From Ignavibacteriota bacterium (GTDB lineage: Bacteria; Bacteroidota; Ignavibacteria; UBA10030): 64,000 bases of DNA. Position numbers and translations under genes: made by a program. Under the pieces are notes generated by a model. It did no database searches. It saw only the letters and a program-made list of their open reading frames with translations, and was not told where the DNA came from. Where the stretch lies: positions 256,001-320,000 of the forward strand of contig CAVSHO010000011.1 of assembly GCA_963727825.1 (NCBI GenBank). Direction: 5' to 3'. Shown here in pieces: positions 41,859 to 51,981 of the stretch; positions within the stretch are counted from its first letter, which is position 1, and each line of letters begins with the position of its first letter.

Positions 41859-43724
41859 TTATTGCACAACCAGTACCGGTATTTTCAACCGGTGCCGCAC
41901 TTTCGAGATTGAAGTTCCAAAAATAATATCTTTAATACCGCGATGCCCATGTGCGCCCATCACCAACAAATCAACCTTCTGCTCATCTGCAATACGGACA
42001 ATTTCATTCGATATTCGCCCGAAACCGAGCACGGCTTTAACTTCTAATCCTGAAGTGCGCAGCTGTTTAGCATGACCTTCTAAATGTTCCATATCGTCAC
42101 GCGCTTCGTTATCATAGGCATTCTTACCAAATATCTGTCCTCCCACTCCCTCAACAACATGTATTAACACAAGATGCGAGCTGTTTTGTTGTGCAAGTGT
42201 TCGTGCATGTGCTAATACTTTAGAATCCATTTTGCTTAAATCGAGTGCAACTCCAATATTGGCAAATGGATGTTGTTCAAATTCAATTTGTTCAATTTCA
42301 AATGGCATTGCTAATCTTCTCCTTCGCCAAGTTTTTGGTAACGATATATAAATAAGGAGCATATATATAAAAACACTTATTGGTATAATAGTTAACCAAA
42401 GAATGATCGCATCATTTCCTGCACTAGAAATCCAATCGGTAATAGTACTTATCGATAACTGAACAGTAAGCACAACAATAAAAAAAGCTGAAATCCAGGC
42501 AAGGATGTTGACCCATTGCTTATTCGCAAATATTCCCATTTTTTCTTTATCACTAGTGAAATGAATCAATGGAATAACGGCAAAAGGAAGCTGTAGGCTT
42601 AAAATGATTTGGCTTAATATCAGCAGTTTATACGTACCTTCATCTCCACTTAAAACGATTACGATAACAGCCGGCACAATAGCGAGCATTCGCGTAAGCA
42701 ATCGGCGGATCATAGGCCTCATTTTAAAATGAAGAAATCCCTCCATCACAATCTGGCCTGCATATGTTCCGGTAAGAGTCGAACTTTGACCCGATGCAAG
42801 CAAAGCTGCGGCAAACAGCACTCCTGCGAATGTCGTACCAAGTAATGGCACCAATAACGAATGAGCTTGTTGTATTTCAGTAACAATCAATCCATGTTTA
42901 TAAAATACGGATGCAGCTACAATAAGAATTGCTGCGTTCACAAGAAATGCGGCATTCAATGCAATCGAAGTATCGATTAAATTAAACTTGCATGCTTGCC
43001 GCTTCCCTTCCTCCGTTTGCTCTACCAATCTTGTTTGAACAAGCGCTGAATGCAGATATAAATTATGCGGCATGACCGTTGCACCAAGAATTCCAATAGC
43101 GATGTAAAGATTCTGGGAATTTAATCGCGGAATAAATCCTTTTACAACTTCTGAGAAAACAGGTTTAGAAAGAAATACTTCAATGCCAAAACAAACACCC
43201 ATCAACGACACAAGCATCACAATAAAAAATTCCATCTTTCGGATACCAAAATTCTGAATCAGCATAAAGATCAGAGTATCGAAACCTGTGAGAATAACAC
43301 CAATGATTAGCGGCAGCTTAAAAAGAAGATTTAAACCAATCGCCGTGCCGAGTACTTCAGCGAGATCACAAGCGGCGATTGCAATTTCGCAAAGCACCCA
43401 TAAACAAATTGCAACCGGTCTCGGATATTCATCCCGGCATGCTTGTGCAAGATCGCGGCCCATAACAATGCCAAGCCGGGCAGCCAGTGTTTGTAAAAGC
43501 ACCGCCATCAAATTCGATATTAAAATAACCCACAGCAGATCATATCCAAATCGCGAGCCACCTTCGATGTCAGTTGCCCAGTTGCCTGGATCCATATAAC
43601 CAACGCTAATAAGATATGCAGGCCCGGCAAAAGCAAGGAATCGCTTAATCACCCCATAATTTTGGGGAATGCCCACAGAACCATGAACGTCTGAAAGCGA
43701 TTCAGATGATTGGTTATTTTTCAT
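41859..43724 (-). CDS. mntH: Nramp/MntH divalent metal transporter with C-terminal USP domain
   Basis: YMDPGNW, GATVMPHNLYLHS; C-terminal LLVMGAHGH..GT USP motif. Confidence 0.93.
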   Translation of the reverse strand: MKNNQSSESLSDVHGSVGIPQNYGVIKRFLAFAGPAYLISVGYMDPGNWATDIEGGSRFGYDLLWVILISNLMAVLLQTLAARLGIVMGRDLAQACRDEYPRPVAICLWVLCEIAIAACDLAEVLGTAIGLNLLFKLPLIIGVILTGFDTLIFMLIQNFGIRKMEFFIVMLVSLMGVCFGIEVFLSKPVFSEVVKGFIPRLNSQNLYIAIGILGATVMPHNLYLHSALVQTRLVEQTEEGKRQACKFNLIDTSIALNAAFLVNAAILIVAASVFYKHGLIVTEIQQAHSLLVPLLGTTFAGVLFAAALLASGQSSTLTGTYAGQIVMEGFLHFKMRPMIRRLLTRMLAIVPAVIVIVLSGDEGTYKLLILSQIILSLQLPFAVIPLIHFTSDKEKMGIFANKQWVNILAWISAFFIVVLTVQLSISTITDWISSAGNDAIILWLTIIPISVFIYMLLIYISLPKTWRRRRLAMPFEIEQIEFEQHPFANIGVALDLSKMDSKVLAHARTLAQQNSSHLVLIHVVEGVGGQIFGKNAYDNEARDDMEHLEGHAKQLRTSGLEVKAVLGFGRISNEIVRIADEQKVDLLVMGAHGHRGIKDIIFGTSISKVRHRLKIPVLVVQ

Positions 43725-43755
43725 GTTTTTATTTTCTAATGCTGATAACTGACTT

Positions 43756-43816
43756 TTGTTCGTCTCGAACTAAGTTCGAGACGCGATCTCGACTCACCGC
43801 TGGCGGGACGGAACAA
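43756..43816. repeat. Palindromic intergenic element
   Basis: cgtctcgaact-a-agttcgagacg inside ttgttc...gaacaa arms. Confidence 0.55.
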
Positions 43817-43827
43817 ATGCGAACTAA

Positions 43828-44541
43828 TCATTTTTCCTTCTTCTCGAATATTTCATCCGATAGCCCAATGTTGATTTTGTAATTTGAATAAGCAACTGTA
43901 ATAGTACCGTTTCGCGGCATGGAACGCTGAATACCTTCTAACTGATTGTCTATGGGAGATGAAGTATCTTTCTGCGCTTTATCCGATTCTGATTCAAATA
44001 ATACGACCAATTTTGATGGAAGCCAATATTTTTCTTGCTGGCATTCATAAGTAAATATCATAGAAAGCGTCCGACCTTCATAAGGAATAGTTTCTATTTT
44101 CGTGATCGTCCAATTTATTGGGTCCACCCAGATTGAAAGCGCACGTAAGCGGGTCTTTACGTCTTTAGCGGCAAGAAGAAGTTTGTACAACATTTTCCCA
44201 TCCATCGTGTCGCGCACCGCCGAAGTTGTGAGGTAATGTTCATGCAGCATCGATGGATTCAATGCAACGCCCTCACGCGGCATAAGTAGAAACCCTGGTG
44301 ATGAGAAATGAACTTTATCAGGCTTCTTGAAGAACAACTCCGCATGCATTTTTGGGATTTGCACTCGTTCCATATTGATTTCAGCATCGATGACAGCAGA
44401 GAAATCCTTTACTTCATTGAAACCTTTGACGACCTTTGCTAAAATTTCATTAGTATCCTTAATTTTATCTATCCTTTGAGCAAGCGCACTACTCATTATC
44501 AATCCGATTATCAATAATACTTTCAAGATTTTCATAAACAT
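43828..44541 (-). CDS. LolA-like exported protein
   Basis: Signal peptide; DFSA..FKKPDKV..IWVDP..ETI..YSNYKINIGLSDEIF. Confidence 0.7.
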   Translation of the reverse strand: MFMKILKVLLIIGLIMSSALAQRIDKIKDTNEILAKVVKGFNEVKDFSAVIDAEINMERVQIPKMHAELFFKKPDKVHFSSPGFLLMPREGVALNPSMLHEHYLTTSAVRDTMDGKMLYKLLLAAKDVKTRLRALSIWVDPINWTITKIETIPYEGRTLSMIFTYECQQEKYWLPSKLVVLFESESDKAQKDTSSPIDNQLEGIQRSMPRNGTITVAYSNYKINIGLSDEIFEKKEK

Positions 44542-44599
44542 CCTTTACTATTTAACAGGACTGAGCGATATCCTGGTGCGTATTTGTATTAAACGCAGT

Positions 44600-45871
44600 C
44601 TAAACTACTATAGTTTCCTGTGCCGTGACAATCTTATTGTAAATCAGCATTAAAATTGTGCCAAGCACACCGATGCCTATGAGCGCAAACCAGATTAATT
44701 CCGGCTTACCGTTCGCTTTCGATGTCTGATATAACCATCCGCCTATTGGATCGCCGACAAATCTCGCAATCGCTATAGGCAGGAATGCATATCCTTGAAA
44801 TAATCCTTGCTGACCGGGAGGAGCGATCTCAGATATGTATTCGTAATACCGCGGTGCTTGGATCATTTCACCAACTGCAAATGCAACAATTCCAGCCGCA
44901 ATGGTTGGTATACTTGGATAAATACCTATAATCAACCAGATGAGACTAGAGATTGCAAAACCAAGAACAATAGCGTTGCGCGTTGGAATATTCTTCGTGA
45001 GACGGTTGAGTGGAATCTGAAATAGAATAATTGCGCCGGCTGCAGCCCATGACTGGAGAATTTCATAGGGCGCATTCGCATTTATATAATCTGTAACGTA
45101 ATAAGGAACAATAATAAATTCCTGCCAGAAAATAATCCAATAGAGGGAATAGATAAGAAGAAAAATCATGAACTTTACATTTGCCAGAACGACGAATAGA
45201 TTGGCAATTTTCTTTCCGAGCGATTCCACAACAACCGTCTGCTTGCTTTTCACTTCTTTATAGAGAAGTAAATTTACAATGAGCATAGAAAAACAACTTA
45301 TAGACGATACCATGTAAACAAACGCATTGCCAAAGCTATCTCGTACAAAATAAGCGATCGTGGGACCTAACATCGCTCCGACATTCACCAACCAATAATA
45401 CACAGCAAAGCCAAGCGACTTAGTTTCCTCTTTGGAAGTGACCGCAACTGTTCCCAATACAGACGGTTTGATAAATGAGCCGCCAAAAGCGGTAAGGACA
45501 AGAAATATCATCAACAGCCAATAAAGATTGAAGTTGCTATACACTCCGGCAAAAGCAGTCATTCCAAGTGAGCCAATCAAGAAATATCCAAGAGCGAGAA
45601 TTGAGAATGCAATGTTGAATGCGCGGCGGAATCCCCATTTATCTGCAAGTGTGCCGCCAAGGATTGGAAGTAAATAAATCAAACCGCCAAAAATACCGGA
45701 AAGCTGTCCAGCCTCTGTTTCCGTGAAGCCGAGTTTGTTACGAAGATAAATCATAAAAACAATTTGCTGACCGTAATACGCCAGCCGTTCGAACAATTCC
45801 ATACCATTTGCTACCCAGAATGTTGGATGGAATCCATTTCTTATCTCCTGCACTCTTGCTTTAATATCCAC
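44600..45871 (-). CDS. MFS transporter (POT/PTR-like)
   Basis: ELFERLAYYG, GGTLADKWG, FIKPS, YWLVNVG. Confidence 0.88.
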   Translation of the reverse strand: MDIKARVQEIRNGFHPTFWVANGMELFERLAYYGQQIVFMIYLRNKLGFTETEAGQLSGIFGGLIYLLPILGGTLADKWGFRRAFNIAFSILALGYFLIGSLGMTAFAGVYSNFNLYWLLMIFLVLTAFGGSFIKPSVLGTVAVTSKEETKSLGFAVYYWLVNVGAMLGPTIAYFVRDSFGNAFVYMVSSISCFSMLIVNLLLYKEVKSKQTVVVESLGKKIANLFVVLANVKFMIFLLIYSLYWIIFWQEFIIVPYYVTDYINANAPYEILQSWAAAGAIILFQIPLNRLTKNIPTRNAIVLGFAISSLIWLIIGIYPSIPTIAAGIVAFAVGEMIQAPRYYEYISEIAPPGQQGLFQGYAFLPIAIARFVGDPIGGWLYQTSKANGKPELIWFALIGIGVLGTILMLIYNKIVTAQETIVV

Positions 45872-45903
45872 GTACTCTCCTTGCTTTGAGGCAATTCAAA
45901 TTT

Positions 45904-46740
45904 TTATGAAAGAATGTCCTTCTTCACAAAGACGCTCCACGCCCCCAGCACAGCTGCTAACGTCCACGAACCCATATACAACAACCCAATTTTGACCTCG
46001 TTCCATGGAATAGGATCCGTAAATATTTTTTGCCACATGTCGAGATACCTTGTAAAAAGAAATTTCTTGGGGATTTCAAACATCTCTACCGGCATAACTG
46101 TAATAACTGTGCACACAATCAATAGTCCCATTGTAGCGACAATTGGTCCGATTGCATTCTCGACAAACGATGAGAAGAAAAAAGAAATCGATGCGATGGT
46201 AATCATAGTCCATGTGGCAAGAAGATAGGCAATGAAAAACCGCCACCCAACTTCTGATTCGGGGAGAAGAAGAATGTTACTAGATAGAATAATAAGATCG
46301 CCGCGACCAAACAAAGCCAGAGCTAAACCGATACTCAAAGCTGCCAAGAAGAAGACAAAAATAACTGTATAAATAATTGTTGTGATATATTTGGAGATAA
46401 AAATACGTGTACGTGAAACAGGCCGAATAAGAATGAGACGGTAGGTGCCCGCTGTCGCTTCACCAGCAAGTTGATCTCCTGCAACAAATGAAATCAATAA
46501 CGGGATGTGTAACCATAGACTATTCATAATTTGATGAGCGACAAACCAGCCATTAAAAATATTCCCAAAAAATAAAAAATCCTTAGATAATCCGCGCATT
46601 GCCATTGTCAAGAAACGACCACCTTCTAACTTCATTGCAATTTCCACTAAAGGGACAATTAGCAATACAATTCCGAAACCGAGATACGTGCGCTTCTTCA
46701 GAAATATTTTTATGAGTTCGTAATAAATAAGCCGAATCAT
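45904..46740 (-). CDS. ABC-2 type permease
   Basis: AGEATAGTYRLILIRPVSR..ISKY; about six TM segments. Confidence 0.88.
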   Translation of the reverse strand: MIRLIYYELIKIFLKKRTYLGFGIVLLIVPLVEIAMKLEGGRFLTMAMRGLSKDFLFFGNIFNGWFVAHQIMNSLWLHIPLLISFVAGDQLAGEATAGTYRLILIRPVSRTRIFISKYITTIIYTVIFVFFLAALSIGLALALFGRGDLIILSSNILLLPESEVGWRFFIAYLLATWTMITIASISFFFSSFVENAIGPIVATMGLLIVCTVITVMPVEMFEIPKKFLFTRYLDMWQKIFTDPIPWNEVKIGLLYMGSWTLAAVLGAWSVFVKKDILS

Positions 46741-47663
46741 ACGCGCGCCTCATTTGAATGTTCGGTCATAGAAAGAAATAAATCTTCGAGCGAGCGTTTC
46801 GGTATTAATGCCTGCACGTGAACTCCTGCAAGTACAAGTGATTTGTTTAACTCAGGAATGTCGGCAAAATCCATCCAAACTTTGAATATTCCTTCTTTCA
46901 CTTCGTATTTTCGAATATTATTATTCAGCTGCATTAAAACGGACTCAACCTTCTCTTGCGGTTTAGCATGAATAACGATGTACTTTTCACCTTCATCTAA
47001 CAGTCTGCTCACATCACCTTGTACAACTGATTCACCGTTGTTGATTATCACCATTCGATTAGCAACTAATTCAATTTCATTCAGCAGGTGCGAAGAAAGA
47101 ATGATTGTTTTCTTCTGGTCGTGTGAAAGATGCATAATGAGATCTCGCACCTCTTTCATCCCCTGCGGGTCGAGCCCATTTGTAGGTTCATCGAGGATGA
47201 CAAGTTCAGGATCAGACAGCAATGCTTGCGCAATACCCAATCGCTGTTTCATTCCATGTGAATATGTTTTTACACGGTCAGTAGCACGTCTTGTTAAACC
47301 TACTAAATCCAGTACTTCTAAAATCCTCTTTCGTTCCGCACCACCTGAAAGTGCGCCAATAATTTCGAGATTTTTATATGCTGAGAGATATAAATAGAAA
47401 TCAGGCTTCTCTACAATTCCTCCGACTAGCCTCAGTGCATCCGACCGACGAGACTTGAGCGAATAACCAAAAAGTTCTGTTTCACCCATTGTCGGTTTAA
47501 TAAGCGATAAAATCATTCGGATGGTAGTACTTTTTCCTGCTCCATTTGGTCCAAGAAAGCCAAACACGTCTCCGCGTTGAACTTCAAGATTAAGATTCTT
47601 GACAGCCCAGCGCTTTCCATAACGTTTTCCTAGTTGTCGTGTTTGTAAAATATATTCGTTCAT
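46737..47663 (-). CDS. ABC transporter ATP-binding protein
   Basis: GPNGAGKST, YSHGMKQR, LDEPTNGLD, SSH. Confidence 0.95.
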   Translation of the reverse strand: MNEYILQTRQLGKRYGKRWAVKNLNLEVQRGDVFGFLGPNGAGKSTTIRMILSLIKPTMGETELFGYSLKSRRSDALRLVGGIVEKPDFYLYLSAYKNLEIIGALSGGAERKRILEVLDLVGLTRRATDRVKTYSHGMKQRLGIAQALLSDPELVILDEPTNGLDPQGMKEVRDLIMHLSHDQKKTIILSSHLLNEIELVANRMVIINNGESVVQGDVSRLLDEGEKYIVIHAKPQEKVESVLMQLNNNIRKYEVKEGIFKVWMDFADIPELNKSLVLAGVHVQALIPKRSLEDLFLSMTEHSNEARV

Positions 47664-47834
47664 GTCAGGTCGTTAAAATAACATTAATCCCAATGCCAAT
47701 ATACCAAGCTCTTCATTCTCGTTCAACAGAAAAACAATTTTCATGTTTTGTAAGAATTTATTTGGAGAATTACGTCGGAATCTGTATCTTAACTAAGGTA
47801 AAGTATTATTCAATTAACATATCTAAGCAGGATA

Positions 47835-48833
47835 ATGAGCAAATTATATACAGTTGCAGTCGCAGGAGCGACTGGTTTAGTTGGACGTACTATGACGGCC
47901 GTATTAGAAGAACAAAATTTTCCGGTGGCACGTTTTGTTCCGCTTGCATCCGCGCGTTCCGCTGGGACAGAAGTTATATTTCAAGGAAAACCCGTAAAAG
48001 TTCAAACACTAACAGGAGAAAGTTTTACAGGAGTAGACTTCGCGCTTTTTTCTGCAGGTGCAAATACTAGCAAAGAATTTTCTCCAAAGGCAGCTAAGCA
48101 TGGCACAATTGTTATTGATAATAGCAGTGCATTTCGGATGGATCCTGATGTTCCGCTCGTTGTGCCGGAAGTAAATCCCGAAGACGCCTTCAAACATCAC
48201 GGTATCATCGCCAATCCAAATTGTTCAACTATTCAGATGGTAGTAGTCTTGAAGCCGCTGCATGATGCATTTGGTATCAAGCGCGTTGTGGTTTCCACAT
48301 ATCAATCTGTTACAGGTGCAGGCAAAAAAGGTGTCAACCAACTGGAAGATGAAATGGCAAAAAGGCCGATGCGCGAAAAAAAATTTCCCCATCCAATTGC
48401 GTTCAATGTTTTGCCGCATATTGATGTTTTCCTTCCGGATGGTTATACGAAAGAAGAACAGAAAATGGTGTTAGAGACAAAAAAAATTATGGGCGCAGAT
48501 ATTCCACTCACAGCGACAGCTGTGCGCGTGCCTGTGTTCGGAGGACACAGTGAATCGGTGAACATTGAATTTGAACAGCCATGCACTCCAGAAGAAGTGC
48601 GTACAATTCTGAATAGTGCACCGAGTGTCATTGTGGAAGACGATCCGTCAAAGAATCTCTATCCGATGCCGATAAACGCATATGGAAAGAACGAGGTTTT
48701 CGTCGGACGCATCCGAAAAGATTTTAGTATTGCAAATGGCATCAACCTCTGGATCGTCTCGGATAACGTCCGGAAAGGTGCCGCTACAAATGCAGTGCAA
48801 ATTGCAGAATTGCTCGCTTCACGGATGAAATAA
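47835..48833 (+). CDS. asd: Aspartate-semialdehyde dehydrogenase
   Basis: GATGLVG, DNSSAFRM, NPNCSTIQ, DNVRKGAATNAVQI. Confidence 0.97.
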   Translation: MSKLYTVAVAGATGLVGRTMTAVLEEQNFPVARFVPLASARSAGTEVIFQGKPVKVQTLTGESFTGVDFALFSAGANTSKEFSPKAAKHGTIVIDNSSAFRMDPDVPLVVPEVNPEDAFKHHGIIANPNCSTIQMVVVLKPLHDAFGIKRVVVSTYQSVTGAGKKGVNQLEDEMAKRPMREKKFPHPIAFNVLPHIDVFLPDGYTKEEQKMVLETKKIMGADIPLTATAVRVPVFGGHSESVNIEFEQPCTPEEVRTILNSAPSVIVEDDPSKNLYPMPINAYGKNEVFVGRIRKDFSIANGINLWIVSDNVRKGAATNAVQIAELLASRMK

Positions 48834-48850
48834 AGACAAGGTCTATAAAA

Positions 48851-50245
48851 ATGATTGTAATGAAATTCGGCGGCACTTCTGTTGAAGATGCTAAATCGAT
48901 GCGCACGGTAATCGAAGTTATCCGGAAGGAACGGGCACAAACACCAATTGTAGTGCTTTCTGCTATTTCCGGTGCAACCAACATACTTTTAGAATCTGCA
49001 CGAACTGCACAAGAGGGTAAACTCGAAAGCGCCATCCTACTTTTAAATGGACTCTTCGACCGCCATGTAACTGTAATGGAAAATCTTATCGACAATCGCC
49101 AGACGGTGCAGCAGCTTATAGCGTCATTCAAGCAGCGGTTTGAAGAACTACAGAATCTTTGCCAAGGCATCGCTATTCTTGGTGAATTAACAAATCGTTC
49201 TTTGGATGCCATTGCTTCTGTCGGTGAGCTTCTATCCACGCAAATTCTCAGCGAGGCAATTCGAACACAAGGACTCCCGGCACAATGGGTTGATGCACGA
49301 ACATTTATGATTACAGATAGTAACTTTACTTCAGCAGCCCCGCAATTCGATCAGATTGATGCCAAAGTAAAAGAAATTCTATCTCCGTTAATAGCCTCAA
49401 GTAAGATTATAATTACTCAAGGATTTATCGGATCAAATGTCAAAGGCATAACCACAACGTTAGGCCGCGGAGGTTCAGACTATTCCGCATCAATTATTGG
49501 CGCAGCACTGGATGCCAAGGAAATTCAAATCTGGACGGATGTCGATGGCATACTAACGGCGGATCCGCGCATTGCTCCGGGGGCGCAGAAACTCAGAATG
49601 ATTTCATTTCGCGAAGCGGCGGAACTTGCATACTTTGGCGCTAAAGTCTTACACCCCAGTACGATCTTCCCTGCGGTGGAGAAAGATATTCCTGTGGTGG
49701 TATTAAATTCAAAGCGCCCGGGAAATAGCGGCACTCGAATAGTTTCTCATCCGCCCAAAACACACATTCCAGTAAAATCCATTGCATGCAAGCGTGGCAT
49801 TACAGTTGTAAATGTGCAATCACTGCGGATGTTGATGGCATATGGTTTCCTGGAGTCGATTTTTTCTGTCTTCAACAAATATCAGACATCAGTTGATCTC
49901 GTCAGCACATCTGAGGTTGCCGTTTCGCTTACAATCGATAATACAGCGACGCTTGATAAAATTGTCGTTGAACTTTCCGAATTCGCTGAAGTCTCTATCC
50001 TAAAACACCAAGGGATCATCTGCATCGTGGGTGATCAAATGCGCTCTACTGCCGGTGTTGCCGATCAGATTTTTAATGCGCTGCACGAAGTTAACTTGGT
50101 AATGATCTCTCAGGGGGCATCGGAAATCAATATGAGTTTAGTTATTGATGAAACAAAGGTAGATGAAGCCGTACGGCGGTTGCACAAGCAATTCTTTGAA
50201 TCTATTCCTGATACAGATATGTTTGAACCAGTTGGAGACAAGTAA
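48851..50245 (+). CDS. lysC: Aspartokinase
   Basis: KFGGTSV, TLGRGGSDYSA, WTDVDG, ACT domains. Confidence 0.96.
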   Translation: MIVMKFGGTSVEDAKSMRTVIEVIRKERAQTPIVVLSAISGATNILLESARTAQEGKLESAILLLNGLFDRHVTVMENLIDNRQTVQQLIASFKQRFEELQNLCQGIAILGELTNRSLDAIASVGELLSTQILSEAIRTQGLPAQWVDARTFMITDSNFTSAAPQFDQIDAKVKEILSPLIASSKIIITQGFIGSNVKGITTTLGRGGSDYSASIIGAALDAKEIQIWTDVDGILTADPRIAPGAQKLRMISFREAAELAYFGAKVLHPSTIFPAVEKDIPVVVLNSKRPGNSGTRIVSHPPKTHIPVKSIACKRGITVVNVQSLRMLMAYGFLESIFSVFNKYQTSVDLVSTSEVAVSLTIDNTATLDKIVVELSEFAEVSILKHQGIICIVGDQMRSTAGVADQIFNALHEVNLVMISQGASEINMSLVIDETKVDEAVRRLHKQFFESIPDTDMFEPVGDK

Positions 50246-50250
50246 TTTCC

Positions 50251-50982
50251 ATGCGCATAGCTATTGTTGGATACGGAAAGATGGGCAAAGAGATCGAACG
50301 CCTCGCAATTGAGCGTGGCTGGAGCATTGATCTACGTGTCGATATTGACACACCGCCTGTAACTAAGGTACAGCGTGAAAATGTAGATGTGGTAATTCAT
50401 TATGCATATGCCAAAGACATAGTTAACGATCTTACCCCTTGGGCAGAGGCGCATAAACCAATTGTCGTCGGAACGACCGGCTGGCAGAACCAATTGCAAA
50501 ACGTAGAAGCTCTTGTTATAAAGAACAAGATCGGTTTAATTTACTCATCAAATTTTTCACTCGGCGTTAATATTTTCTTTCATCTTGTTAAGACTACGGC
50601 ACAGATGATGGATAAGTTTGAGGATTATGATGCTTTCATTCAAGAAATTCATCACAAAAATAAAATCGATAGCCCTAGCGGAACCGCGCTAACGATGGGA
50701 CGGATTGTTCTTGAGCACCTGCGAAGGAAAAAAGAATTGCTGACCGAAACATCACACAATAAAATACTGCCCGAACAACTTCATGTTTCCTCTAGTCGAA
50801 GTGGCACAGTTGTCGGCACACATACACTCGCATTCGACTCTGCCGCAGATATGATTGAATTAAAACATACAGCAAAAAATCGTTCTGGCATGGCACTGGG
50901 TACATTATTCGCAGCAGAATGGATTCGCGAGAAAAAAGGACTCTTCACAATGGATGATGCATTTCAAGATCTCTTCAAATAA
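50251..50982 (+). CDS. dapB: 4-hydroxy-tetrahydrodipicolinate reductase
   Basis: GYGKMG, VGTTG, EIHHKNKIDSPSGTA. Confidence 0.96.
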   Translation: MRIAIVGYGKMGKEIERLAIERGWSIDLRVDIDTPPVTKVQRENVDVVIHYAYAKDIVNDLTPWAEAHKPIVVGTTGWQNQLQNVEALVIKNKIGLIYSSNFSLGVNIFFHLVKTTAQMMDKFEDYDAFIQEIHHKNKIDSPSGTALTMGRIVLEHLRRKKELLTETSHNKILPEQLHVSSSRSGTVVGTHTLAFDSAADMIELKHTAKNRSGMALGTLFAAEWIREKKGLFTMDDAFQDLFK

Positions 50983-50996
50983 GGAGACCGTTAGCC

Positions 50997-51890
50997 ATGG
51001 CGACACAAACAAAGTTTCGAGGTACTGCAACAGCAATCATCACACCTTTTAAAAAAGACGGTTCAATAGACGAAGCTGCATTGCAACGTTTTGTGGATTT
51101 TCAAATTAAGGGCGGCGTTGAAGCTCTTGTACCATTAGGAACAACCGGTGAGTACTCAACACTTAGTATGAAAGAGCAGCAGAGAGTAATTGAAATTGTG
51201 ATCGAACAAGCAAATAGGCGTGTAAAAATCTTTGCCGGAGCAGGAAGCAACAATACCGCCGAGGTGATTGAGAAAGCACGTTTCGTCAAACAAGCCGGCG
51301 CAGATGCAGCGCTAGTCGTTGGTCCATATTATAATAAGCCGACACAGAATGGATATTTTCAACATTTCAAAGCTATATCCGATGCAGTTGACATTCCGAT
51401 TATCGTTTATAATGTTCCGGGACGAACAAGCGGAAATATTGAAGCTGCTACATTACTGCGTATGGCAGAAGAGATACCGAATGTCGTTATGGTAAAAGAG
51501 GCTTCCGGTAATATGGCACAGGTTATGGAAATCGCCCGCAACAAACCGATGAATTTTTCGCTTCTTTCCGGTGATGATGCACTTGCCTATTCAATAATCG
51601 CTCTTGGCGGCGACGGATGTATCTCAGTCGTTTCAAATGAAGTGCCAAAAGATTATTCCCAACTAATGCGTTTATGCTTGAAGGGTGAATGGACAGAAGC
51701 GCTTCAGCTTCATTATCGCCTGCTTCCACTAATGAACATCAATTTTATTGAGTCAAGTCCGATTCCGGTAAAAACTGCACTCGCGATGATGGGAATGATT
51801 GAAGAATCTTTCCGCTTGCCTATGGTACCTATCACAGAACCGAGCCGCGCAAAGTTAAAAAAGGTGCTCGAAGATTTAAAGTTGGTGTGA
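50997..51890 (+). CDS. dapA: 4-hydroxy-tetrahydrodipicolinate synthase
   Basis: GTTGE, PYYNKP, YNVPGRT, KEASG, SGDD. Confidence 0.97.
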   Translation: MATQTKFRGTATAIITPFKKDGSIDEAALQRFVDFQIKGGVEALVPLGTTGEYSTLSMKEQQRVIEIVIEQANRRVKIFAGAGSNNTAEVIEKARFVKQAGADAALVVGPYYNKPTQNGYFQHFKAISDAVDIPIIVYNVPGRTSGNIEAATLLRMAEEIPNVVMVKEASGNMAQVMEIARNKPMNFSLLSGDDALAYSIIALGGDGCISVVSNEVPKDYSQLMRLCLKGEWTEALQLHYRLLPLMNINFIESSPIPVKTALAMMGMIEESFRLPMVPITEPSRAKLKKVLEDLKLV

Positions 51891-51900
51891 GGTATTAATC

Positions 51901-51956
51901 AACTTTGTCAAGGTTTAACTTGCCCGCCTTTTTTTTGCGGAAACCTTGACAAAGTT
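51901..51956. repeat. REP-like palindrome with nested insert; may double as terminator
   Basis: aactttgtcaaggttt...aaaccttgacaaagtt. Confidence 0.75.
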
Positions 51957-51981
51957 TTCGAAGCTATCTTCCTCACTATCC

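Noticed and set aside
43760-43782. Palindrome upstream of mntH as an MntR/DtxR operator
   Set aside because: It does not match the DtxR-family consensus and is embedded in a larger REP-like structure.
47664-47834. Lysine riboswitch upstream of asd-lysC-dapBA
   Set aside because: A short AT-rich divergent intergenic region without recognisable L-box stems or terminator.
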